The notes under the pieces are model-generated. The model ran no database searches. It saw only the letters and a program-made list of their open reading frames with translations, and was not told the DNA's origin. Shown in pieces: positions 39,001-50,775 of a stretch of 64,000 bases of DNA. The first letter of the stretch is position 1, and every line of letters starts with the position of its first letter. The stretch comes from Utricularia gibba. Lineage: Eukaryota; Plantae; Magnoliophyta. Both the position numbers and the translations under genes were made by a program. Where the stretch lies: NCBI GenBank assembly GCA_002189035.1, contig NEEC01000004.1:682001-746000 (forward strand). The letters run 5' to 3'.

Positions 39001-40972
39001 ATGGAGGGCATAGTGGCAGGAATAGTGATGATGATGCTAGTTTTCTTGTTAATTCCGCTGTATTTCTGGAGACGTAGCCGCGATTCTACTGATTCTTATC
39101 TACGGGATGATGATCCTCAGGTATAACTCGATTTCTGAAGATTCATTTGAATTTTTGATCTTTTTTTTTTTGTTCGATTGCTTGAATTAGCGGCATATGC
39201 TTGTCCGTATTTTTTTCCCTGTGACGTAGGATGTACAAGAGGAAAGAGTGGTTAGAGCTAGTACTTCACGTCGAATGCGCAGAAGACCAATTGCTTCTTC
39301 TTCTGCGGGCGCATCATCATCTACCGTTAATGTTGAAGGTTTTTGTTGTTCGGTTTTTTCCAAAACGTTGATGCATCTCTTTTTTGCACCTCACTGGTGT
39401 GTAGATGGTTCATTAGTTTCTTCTGTTTGAGAAATATCTATCGTTTTGATTGTTTTGTCACGGTTTCTTAGCTCTATTCTTGCCACTTTAAACCCCAATT
39501 AACAAAAACTTGCTGGATTAAAGTGGATGCAGAGGATATTGATGAAAGCGAGGATGAAGTTGCTGGGGATGGGAACCAGGTTCCCAAATTCTCAAAGAAA
39601 AAGGGGAGGAAAAGGCAAGAACGGGAGGCCCGGCGCCAGGTATCGATCAATTTAATCTATTCTAGTCACTTATACTCGATCTTTGCTGCCTGGTGAATTT
39701 GAAATGTAACTAGATTTTAAGTAACTGCTTTGTTTTAATATATTCCAAATCGTTTCTTGATCCTAAAATCGAGGAGTGAACTCACACTTTCTAAAAGTTC
39801 ATTGGATTGTCTGACTATCTCTGATGAGTACTTCTAAAGGCTGAAGATGCTTCAAACGAATTGAGAAGAACTAAACAAGATCATTATGATGAGATGAGAA
39901 GGAGAAAAGATGAGGAGCGAGAAGCCGAGGAAAGAAGACTGGTAAGTTTCTTACAGTTGTTTTAGGTTACTTTTTGAACGTGCTAAATTTTTAGCATTAT
40001 ACATCAAGGAAGAAGAAGCCAGAGCCAAAAAAGCCAAAGAGGATGAAGCAGCAGCATTAGAATTTGAAAAGTGGAAAGGTGAATTTTCTGTTGATGCTGA
40101 GGGAACAACAGAAAATGAAGCGCAGGATGGAAGTCAGGGGTTGCTGTCTGATTTTGTGGAATATATCAAGGTGGATAAAATGCTCTGGTGTTCTTTGAAC
40201 TTTGCTCTTGCCTTTCTTGCATGCTGGTTTCTGAAGATCCTGTTGTTTTATTGGCATACATCCATTACATACTGTTTTCAATTTTTCGCTGCTGCTTGCA
40301 CACGTGACTGATCTTTTTTGTTCTTGAATTCACAGAAACATAAATGTGTTCCTCTGGAGGATATTGCCGCAGAATTTAAACTGCGAACTCAGGTATTCCA
40401 TTCATCTTATGTTTATTTTTTTGTTTATATCATGGTCACTAGCTTCACTTTTTCTTTCAAAATCCAGCAACCAGCCGTGACATGATTCCACAGTTCACTT
40501 TTCTCATAGACCAAATCTGTAGTATTTTCCCCAGATGCATTTTTTTGCTCTAATATCCATCACGGTTGCATTGAGCGTAGCTCCACTTAAGCGTGTGGTG
40601 TGTGGTATGCAACCTTATTTAGCATTAATACTCCCCCATTTGCTTACTGCAGGATTGCATCAACCGCATAACCTCACTAGAAAATATGGGTACGTAGCAC
40701 ACTTAACATTCCCATGCAAATTCCTTATTCCGTATCTGAGTCAGGCACTGAATGCTCTACCCAATCTAGGAAGACTATCTGGTGTGATGGACGATCGAGG
40801 GAAATATATATACATCTCCTTGGAAGAAATGAAGGCTGTTGCAGACTACATAAAGAGGCAAGGCAGGGTCAGCATTTCACACCTTGCTAGCAAGTCCAAC
40901 CAGTTCATAGATCTGGAAACGAAACCCCACACAATTGAAGAAAGCAGCAACATGGAGGCGGCTTCCGTATAA
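39001..40972 (+). CDS. DDRGK1: DDRGK domain-containing protein 1 (UFBP1, UFMylation/ER-phagy adaptor), 8 exons
   Basis: N-terminal membrane anchor, charged coiled region, FEKWKGEFSVDAEG, LLSDFVEYIK|KHKCVPLEDIAAEFKLRTQ|DCINRITSLENMG|RLSGVMDDRGKYIYIS. Confidence 0.95.
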
Positions 40973-41279
40973 ACTACCTTCGAGGGCTAGTTAGTTTCCA
41001 CCTTATAGATCTTTCGTGTTGACAAAACGATCTGCAACGTGTTGAGTTTTGAGTTCTGAAATCTTGTGTTCTTCAATCTTTGCAATATTTCTCTGTCAAC
41101 CAATTGCAGACATAGAATACCAGATACAACAAATGCAAACACCTTTCTCACTATCTATAGTACTAAGCTTCAGCGAGATAAATACCCCCACCAAATCAAA
41201 CAATCTAAAGACCTTCTTCAGCATCCATTTACAATCATGGAAACGAAGCATGATCAAGCAGGAACTTGTGAAACAACGT

Positions 41280-44200
41280 CTAAAAGAGATCCAATTTCCT
41301 TTTAAGCGCATCTTGCTTCCACTTTGGCAGCTTGTAGAAGGAAGATTTTGGGATTCCAAATACTGAAAGGAACTCTTCGTCCGATAGATAAGCCTGAAAA
41401 TCACATACTAGCTGTAAGAATGTGCAATGGAATGGTTTGGTTGCCATGGAGATCATGAGCAGTAGAGCAAACCTCTCTTCTTTTGAAATCTATTCCCTTC
41501 ACAGGGTTATCAGATTTAGCCTTCAGCTGCTCGTATCTGAACGCACATGGACTACTTTCGGAGCCATTTTCATCTTTAACTGGCTCAACTATTTCAATTC
41601 CCTTATGCTCTGGAGCTTCTTTGCTTTCTTCAGTCTCACGGGCCTCTTCTGTGTTGCTTGGAGCTACAAAAAGAAAGAGATTCACCGTAAACATTAAATG
41701 TTGCACTCAGTTACACTGCTCTTGTCAGGAAAATACTCAGCAGTTTGTTAGAATACGTCATACCGGGAGGGGTAGATTCTGTTTGTGAGATTCGATGCAA
41801 CCGAGAAAGAGGCGGATCAGGTGAATTTTTCTTTTCCTTTTCAGCAGTCAAAACTGATGATAATGCAGCCACTGCTGCTGCTCGTTGTGATCCTGGACTC
41901 TTTCCTGCAGGCTTAGGAGCTGAAGGTGCTTTTGGAGGCGAGGGGGATGAAGAAAAGGCCGAATTCAAAGCAGCTATAGCAGAAGCTCTTTGTGTTGGGC
42001 CCTCACGATTCGCACCAGCGGACTTCTCCTGAGATTGAAGATGAAACAAAAAAAACGAAGTCCAGTACTGTTTAAACAACCAGCAAATGGAAAATTGGGT
42101 TGCAGCGTCCAGGAAAAATGCTCAGAGATACAGCAACTTCAGAAAAATCAACAGCTTACCTCAACGGCGTGGCTGGAACCCAACACATGCAAGACCTTCT
42201 TTTGGAATGAATTTCCATGTGCCTGTTTTTGGAAAACTGAAATGATGAGAATTCTCATTGTATCATGGATTGAGTCTCCTATACAGAAAAACACTATCAT
42301 TATCAACTTTCAGATGCTAGACACGACAACACAAGTTGACCTACGTTTGCTTTTGCAGGATCCCATGAAAAATATGCTGAAAAGAAAGCCGGTTCATTTC
42401 CTTCAGTGACTTTATAAAGCGGAACATTTGAAGCGAGACCCTCTAGTGAAGCAGCCAACTCAATGTATTTCTGGATAAGAATCTTCATAGGTAAGCACAT
42501 CCCCCAGAATATAGTTAGCAGTTAAGCCTGTGAGACCTAATACCTGACCGATCTCAAAGGCATTCTGCTTGTCATTTGGATCAGCTAAATGGCCTATCCA
42601 AATGAAGACTTCAGCATGCGCATCAAGAATGAGGATATCCTCGCTTAAAAGGTCATCCTGAGAGAAATTATGTATCTCTTCCACCTGGAAATTCAGATAC
42701 ACCATTATTTACCTAGCCCCCATAAAATATACCTAACGTGAATCATAACTTGTAGTTATCTTCATACCTGAAACTTCCCTGGATATCAATGTGACAAAAA
42801 AAAGGAAGCAGTTAGAAAAAAAACAAGAATAATGTAGCATTGCAACTGAAAATATTTCCACCTTTATTCACGAAGAATTCAAACAGATGCGGGTCCCTGA
42901 AAAAATCGAACACAGCCTTCTTACTGGAGTAACTTTGTTTTCCCCCAAGTGGAAACCAAAATGACGAACTTTCAGTTCCTTCTTTAGCGTGTTTGATGCT
43001 TGATCCAGGCTGGACTTCATCAAGTCAACAGAAACAAAGCCATCGATCAAAATAATGAATTATGTCAGATAGTAGTTGCACGAACAGACTCTGTAATTTT
43101 GACACCCGGCATCTTTGTGATAAGAAACGAAGGCATGCTTCAGACACAACATTATTCAAACCTTCAAAAAATCAGCAACTTTTGCTGCTAATTGCTGCTG
43201 CTGAATGGTGCTTTGATTGCCATGCCAACTGAAAACTGATGTTCCAGATTGAAGAAGAAAACATTCATTTGAGTTCAGTGATGATGCCACCTATTAACAT
43301 TTTCGGTTTTAATGATTGCAGTGGAAGAATTCTTTACCTGCACAAATAACAGTGGGAAAAAAAAGTGAAATTGGTGCTGCATACCGGTTCTACTTGTACA
43401 GCTGCATTGTTATGAGGAGAAGTTCCAGATACACGAATAAGCGCAACTCCATCTTCCGTGTAAGTTTCATCATTCAAGCCCTTTTCAGAAACATGATTTT
43501 TGTACCCAGCGCTCATTCCGCCCTGCAAGCAATTGCTACAATCTTCAGATTTTCTCACGTTTCCAAATATTTATTTCCTTTCCAAAATGGAAGCAATGAA
43601 GGGCACCTTAAGGATCACCATGGGCTGAAAAATGGAAACAAATTGTGGTGGCTCTTTTCCTTGAAAAATTCGACCCTGAATAAAGCAAAAGTTAGCATTG
43701 CATGTGACATTTTCAATCTTAACAAACTACGAAAAACATAATGAGGAATATTAGAACCTGGATTGGTCTACCCTTTAGCGAATTGAACATTTTTGTCGCC
43801 AATGTAGCAGCTGACTTCTGATCCTCCTGGAGAAATAAAAGAAATTTACTGTGTTACAGTATCATTGAGCATGGCCAGTAATATTTGGAGTATCAAAGGA
43901 GGATTATAAAATAATAACTGTAGAAATGAAAGATGATTCTATGACATAGTTGGAGAAAAGTGTATAGTACAGTACCTCTGTGCTGTCTTTTCCGATCCAG
44001 CAACACAAGTAGTAATTTTCCTTTCTCTCTTGAGAAGGGTATGAATAAAGAACAATGTAGCAATCTCCACTGTAAAACTTTCCGATGTCTTCATACGGCA
44101 CCGGGGTCTTTGAACTTCCATTGATCCACCAAACCTGGATTAGAGTAAAATGCAGTTTGCAGAACACTTGGTTACGATTGATGCATTATTTATCATGATA

Positions 44201-46104
44201 AATATCTAGAAAACTTTAAAAACCTCTAATTTTCCTCCTCCTTCGAGCAATGGAGGGACTTCCTCATTCACCGATGCACTTTTACTAGCTCCCTTGGCAC
44301 CGCCTTGCTGCTTCAGAAAGGCTTCAATTCGAAAAGTAACTCCAGTTGTAAGTTGCCACATCTAAAACGACTGCCTACCACGGATCATACATGCGGCGTA
44401 CCTGCTACTTTTCCTCTAGACTCCTCAGCAACAACAGGTGAAATACCAGATGGCCAAGAATCGAAATTTGATTTGAAAGAACGTGTTTCATAACCTTGAA
44501 TCAGTCGAGTAATACGGGTAGATCTTGGTCTATCTTGGCTAATGACAAAATCCTGAAACCCCTTTTCAATGTCAAAATTCAGAAAAACTAGAGTAAAAGA
44601 TCTGAAGTAAACTTTTCACCTCCACTGCTTGAATAGCAGCTTTTCTCTCATCAACTTGAGTAACCCGGCCAACCCAAACAAAGATCTCACTACCACAGTC
44701 CAGTAGATAGCATTTGTGATTTTCTAACAGAGACTTGGAAAGTTCACCATCTACAGGCTTAACTTCACCTTCCGTGATGCTGCAAAGAAACATTTGCCAA
44801 GAAGTAGAACAACTTTATTTAAGCCCTTCCATCCTAAAATCATATTTCCCTATAACAGGCTTAATGTGGAAAATTACACATAAAGCTGAGGAGGCGTCTT
44901 CGCTGGATTTATATCATCATCAGAGGGGGCTCTCTTAGGAATTGGAGCAAAACCACCAAAGAGAACCCAAAAATCACCAGAATTCGACTCAACTTGCAGA
45001 TTTCCATCATCTGGAGATAAGGTTATCATGCAACACAAAAAGAAAAAAAAAACTGTAAATGGGGTATGTATTGAAAAAATGGCATATGTGATAGTATGAA
45101 GTGTAGCTCATTATTCACCAATAATTGCAATATCACATTTCCCGTGATGATACTTGTCCTTCAAAAACTGAATTACTTCCAACGCTTTTGCCCTCTCTTG
45201 AATATTGGAGTTCGCACCATTAAATTGATATATCTTGTCTTTGGTGTCAAGAATAAATACATCATCATGATTCAATGAGGACCGTGAAAATGGGACCTAA
45301 ATAACATCCACGAAATCAACAATCATGAGTCACCATACAGTGTACTGAATGATGAGGATGCCAACCTGTTTCAACCGTGCAACACGTTTTCCTCGACAAA
45401 CATACAACCGAGTCTCAAACTCCTCTTCTTCTGGTTTCTTAAACCCAGACACAACACCTCCTTCACAAGGAATGATACATGGTTTGAAGTATGACAGGAA
45501 CTTGTCAGACTCATGCCCTTGGAGTTCTCTATAATGCACAGCACGTCCACCAAGGATAGCATCAAGTTCAACAGTTTTAATTGCTGCTGTCCCTGCTTCA
45601 TCCTATAATAAAATGTACCATCAGAAAGAAAGCAGAACATTTTCTCAAAGAATATAGGGTGGTGAAACACAACGATAAACCACCTGGGTAGTATCTTTTC
45701 CGAGCCAGAAGTGTATGTCATAAAGATAAGCCCCACCCTTTCCAGCACTTGTCTACATAAAAAAAGGATTCGAGTACCATAAACAAAATATGTCTACAAA
45801 TATATTCAGTCATTCTTACTAGAAACAATAAGCAAACCTCGAGAATGATATATGAATCGCCAGAGTAGAATTTACCAAAATCAGACTTTGGCAATGGAAC
45901 GGGCTGAAAATTTTCAATCCTCCATATCTCAGTTCCCCTGTTATTTGTTAAGCTCGACGGGTATAACTCAATGTGAAAGAAGTGCAAATTGAACTAGACA
46001 CGGCATCACGTATTTTGCACCCAACACTAACTAAAAAAAGGATACACACTCTGACCAGAACCTTGAAAAGCTGGTTCAAGAGCTTTTGATGAGGTTGACA
46101 TCAT
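41280..46104 (-). CDS. VLN: Villin (VLN2/VLN3 type): six gelsolin repeats plus headpiece, about 22 coding exons
   Basis: [95 protein letters not shown], headpiece [13 protein letters not shown]...[17 protein letters not shown]. Includes an 11-nt micro-exon at 42768-42778. Confidence 0.96.
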
Positions 46105-46394
46105 GCGCTAAACCGAAAAACTGGCGCAGCTATCACTTACATGAACAGAATCCACGGCTGGGAGCGACAGAGTAAAAATAAGAAAGACAATAAAAAAATT
46201 CAGAAGAAACAACAGATTGATACGTAAAATGATAAACAGTTCCGATGATCAGAAATTTGGAGAACGACAGCGAAAAAATTGCCCCTTCAACCAACTCCTT
46301 TCGCAAGTGGACATTGCAAGTTCCCAGAAAAGGAAACAGTTCAGGTTTCAACAGACCAAAGAGAGAAACACAAATAATACCAATGAAAGCTTCA

Positions 46395-46424
46395 CCCCCA
46401 CCCCCCCCCCCCCCCCACCACCCC
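46395..46424 (-). repeat. G-rich tract (G16 core) on the villin sense strand upstream of the ATG
   Basis: The plus strand has C5-A-C16-ACCA-C4. Confidence 0.85.
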
Positions 46425-47330
46425 AACATGTAAAGATGATCGATCACAAGATAGCAAATTTAGTCTTAAAAATCAATTTTCAGTACAGAAAACAACTAGA
46501 TCGATCTGAAACTATATAATCCAAGGGAGAACGAAACGATAAAGTGGATCTAAAACTGCCACAACAGAACAAAACCCAGTTCAGAAACCTCCAAGCAGCG
46601 TCCAATCTCTATCTAAAGCTGGGACTAGAAGGGCAGCAGCACCAGCAGCGAAGCTGACGAATGCAAACAAATGGTAGACAGACAGAACACAACGGAAAAT
46701 TTCATTACACCCGGTAATTACAGCATCACAAGTTACGACATTGGAATTCTTTTTCTTTCAACCCACCTTTCCACTTCACAATTTACACCAAAGATTTAAC
46801 ACCCTTTACCCGACAGAAACGTACACGCAAAAAAAGTAGCAGAAGGCACAAACGCGCGTTCTCCGATACAAATTGACAGTGCATATTAAGCTCAAACAAA
46901 TTGCACTAAAGCTAACACAACCTACTGTTCAATAACGCCATGGATGCATCATTGAAAATGAAACAAAGGGGAACAACCCTACTGAAGGAGACAGGGCTGT
47001 GAAACCATTCCAACAGCTTTTCCCATTCAATGCCTCATTTTTTCATATTAATCCAAAAAAATCATTAATAAAATAAAAATAATTGTTGATTTTAGAAATT
47101 TTGTGGCGCATTTTTTTTCTTTTAAAATTATGCACAATTTAAACAGTAATAAAAAAAATGGATATTGGGCCGAAGGCGGCCCCATAGTGTCACGGGCAAC
47201 TCCATCAGGCCCAATCTAAGTAAGGTTAATTATGTTTAGTAGAGCTCTTAAGTAAGGTTAATTAAGGTATTGGAAATATCTAGAGCTTCTCCCGCCAATT
47301 TTAAACATGAAAAAGTGGCATTTGATGCAG

Positions 47331-47993
47331 GTGAAGAAGATCCATTTCCATGAGATCTGGAACGCTGTGTCGCCTCCGTGCTTCTCGTGTTGGCCGATTC
47401 TTCTCCTAGGTTAAAATTCATCATCATCGACTGTTTTTTACTGTAGAGCAGTCTATTTTAGGATCCAAAATCAATTTCTGGGAGGTGGATGCACGAGGCG
47501 AGTGAGTGCTGATGACGAATCATTATCATCATCTGGCGCTTAGCTCATGGTAACGAGGCAAGCTCATGTTCTGGTTGTCCGTTTCAGATTCTGATGCGTA
47601 TGATGGGATTTGGCATTTCCTTCATTAGCATGATTGGTGCTTTCTGAGCATTTAGGATGATGACAGAGTCTACTACCGATGGACTTGCTTTCTATATCAT
47701 CTGCACGACGAATTCAGGGATTCAGTTTGTATAGCAGGTTTCGTTTATCTAGGTTAATTGCTTATTCAACAGAAAATTCATTCATCTCTTGCCCTGAAAT
47801 TCTTTGCTTGTGGAGCAGATGGTTTGAATGAAGCGATCGAAAACCGACGTCATCTCGGACGCTACGAAATCCTAAGCCAGCAACCCCTGGTTTTACCCCA
47901 CCACGACCGCCACCATAAGGACTAGCCTCGAGTCAAAGGCAACCTGAGAAACTCTATCCAATCGGGCATGGGAAAGACCTCATTCCATCCTGA
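47331..47993 (+). pseudogene. Decayed spliced gene of unidentified family (probable membrane protein)
   Basis: Four exon-like blocks (47331-47409, 47447-47501, 47588-47737, 47819-~47993) bounded by GT/AG, with 86- and 81-nt introns. They join in one frame as GEEDPFP*DLERCVASVLLVLADSSPRAVYFRIQNQFLGGGCTRRILMRMMGFGISFISMIGAF*AFRMMTESTTDGLAFYIICTTNSGIQFV..., with several stops. Confidence 0.5.
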
Positions 47994-50775
47994 ATGCATT
48001 GCTTGGTTATAGCCCTTCAACAATCAAAGCTTTGATGAATGCCAACCAACTTTTTTGTTCATCAGCACATATCACATGGCTTTAATTTTTTTTCTTTTTT
48101 GATACCCCTTTGTAACATTATGCACCCCTCTCTTAACCAGGTTGCTCAAGCCCGATGAGGTGAAGAGAGATGGGGCTAGAGGCCGTAGAGATCCCAACGT
48201 TTACCAGGTACTCTCCCGATCCTTTCATTCAAGACTGCTTATAGTTATAGCAAATGAAGTCACTTGTTACTCATTCCATATGCGTAAATATCTTCTCACC
48301 CTCCACGCACACATGTATAGAGGAGTGCTATATGAATGCAATGCGTCCTTCCTTGGAACCTAGAATACATGGGGCGACCCAATGTGCTATCCGTAAAAGA
48401 GACACAGACAATGCATGATGTCTGTGGTCATGATGCATGTTCATTCAGCCTATGTGGCCCCATCTCAAACGCTTTTGCTCAATTCATACACCCCTAACTG
48501 CCGATGATGAAGATTAGACCTTCTTCTTTGACTCCCTTTTTCCTAGTTGATTAGTATTCATGTTAATAAAGTTTAAACATACTCCGTAATAATGATGATA
48601 TTAAATTGATCGACTTAGACACAATTTTTACACTATGTTTCACTTGCATTATAAAGTTGGCATATTCATTTGGATGGGTTTAGGGATAGCGAGCAGCACA
48701 TGTAGAGCCTGAACTACAGGTATCTTTCATTTCTTGTTTCTTTCTTTCCCTTGGCTTTATTTCAAAAGATGGCTATCCATATCACATTTCTTTATAGTTT
48801 TCTATGGATATATCTACCTCACAAGTTCCCGAAATAGAGCAGAATTTAGAAAATCCCATAAGCATCTTCAATGGATATGATTGCCACTGCATTTTTAAAA
48901 AGATGAATTATTCATGGAAATATAGAAATGTAAGTTTCTCAACCCATGGCATGCCATCTATGCTTTCATTTTATTGAATTGTAAAAAAAAAAATAGATTT
49001 TGTTTTTTATTCTTCAATCTCTATATTTCATATTTCTATTGAAATCGTTGTAAAATAATTATATGTATTTATTAACTTTGTTTGACTTAAATGTTACATT
49101 TGAAAATTTTAACTATTTGAATTAATATATTATTTCATTAAATATTATTTCTTTGTCATTGTTAAATTTCAAATTATCTATGACTAATATTTCTCACTTT
49201 CGCTGTCGTTTTCAGAGATGGGAATTTAGGGTCATTTTTTTTCTTTCACATTTTAATAATTTTAATTTTAAAAAATAAATTTATTTTGATTGAAAATACC
49301 AAAATGAAAAGAAGGTGAAAGCCAATATTTTAAAAATAGTTTAATTTTAGATTGAATTTTTTTTTATAATGAGTTGAGCCTGATGAAACTCACTATGAAT
49401 ATATTATAAAAATAAAAATAATTATATAAATTTAATATTTTAAAGTTTTTATTTTTTAAAAAAAATTACGGAATCTAATTGAATCGAGTTAAATTGGGTG
49501 AAACCCATGATTTCAAAACACTCACGGAAATAAAAATTGGTTAGTGCGCAGGGAGGTGAATACTGGGGGAATCTTTGGTTAATAACTATATCATATCTTG
49601 TTATTTAATGTGAGGAGTTGTAGGGGACATGCGATAGAAGTATATGAGGGAATAAAGAATAATTGGCTAGGCAAAGGAATAAAGAATAAAGCGCTACAGC
49701 TGCTGTCTTCCCCCCGACCCAATTAAATAGATTATTAAAACAAAAAACTTCTTCTTAGTCATATTTCCCCCCTTGAAATGACGTCCTAAATTATCGTGTC
49801 GTGTCGTCTAACACCGGAAAAAATGGCATCGATGTCCGTAAAAGGTTGTCGGCTAAAGTAATTCAAAAAAACAAAAAGCAGAGAATGGAGTCTAACGTGG
49901 AGTGTCTGGTGTAGGACGAAGATGCGGGGACTGAGGAATGAGGGAGTTCGGCTAATCCCCCTTTCAAAGAGCAACTGGGAAGTCAGTCATTCAGTGTGTT
50001 TGTGTTTCAGTTGCAGACGGGTATTTTGATAGGAAATGTAGGAATCAAAAACATCCAAAAGATTTGGCTAAAGCTATGCTTGGTTTTGATTAAAGGTGTG
50101 ATTAAACATTGAGACAAGCATAGGGTCTACATCTGTCATGGGATGCCACCTGCGTATTCATTTCCTCGAGGAAGATGGGTTCCACGTCTTGAAAGTTGTT
50201 CAATGAAAGACCTTTGTTTTTGTCAAGTGAACAACTTGAAAGTTGTTTTTGTAAGTGGGTTGTGGAGTTGGGGTTGCAGGTTTGGTATTAATTATGCAAT
50301 GAAGGTTGTATTCTGTAGAACGTGCCTGTAATTGTTTATTATTGTGTCGTTGAAGGGAGTCGTTGGATTTGAGTGTGATGGATGGAGGGTTCTTGCTTTT
50401 TGCTGCTTTGCGTCGTGCACTTGCAGTGGCTTCCGTTTCCATTTTCAATCACCCCCCGGTCTATTCTAGTTTCAATGGCAGTTTCCCGTGAGAAAAAATG
50501 GCATCTTTTTCACGGTGAAACTCTTAAATATGCAACTGAATTTGATTGACATTTGCTCCGGACATCTGGCCCGTGAATCCCTTGGAAATCTTTTCTCCGT
50601 TCGTTGGCCTCCTATGACCCCTGCCTTTACTTATTCTCTTTCCCGCTCTGTGATACTTGCTTTCTCCTCCTGAAAGTTGAGGATTTTTGGCCTTTTTTTT
50701 TTGTTCAGTTTTGGGAGGAGTTGCTTACCTTCTTGGGCATCTAAAAACTCACCCCCCCCCCCCCCGGGAAGAAAA

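Noticed and set aside
47506-47705. Polycistronic C/D box snoRNA cluster (TGATGA...CTGA pairs at about 47510-47594, 47599-47647, 47657)
   Set aside because: I found no antisense element of 10 nt or more to 18S, 5.8S, 25S or U snRNA from memory. The first box C lies inside a textbook GTGAGT...tttcag intron, and the spliced-remnant reading explains the region better. An Rfam/snoscan run would settle it.
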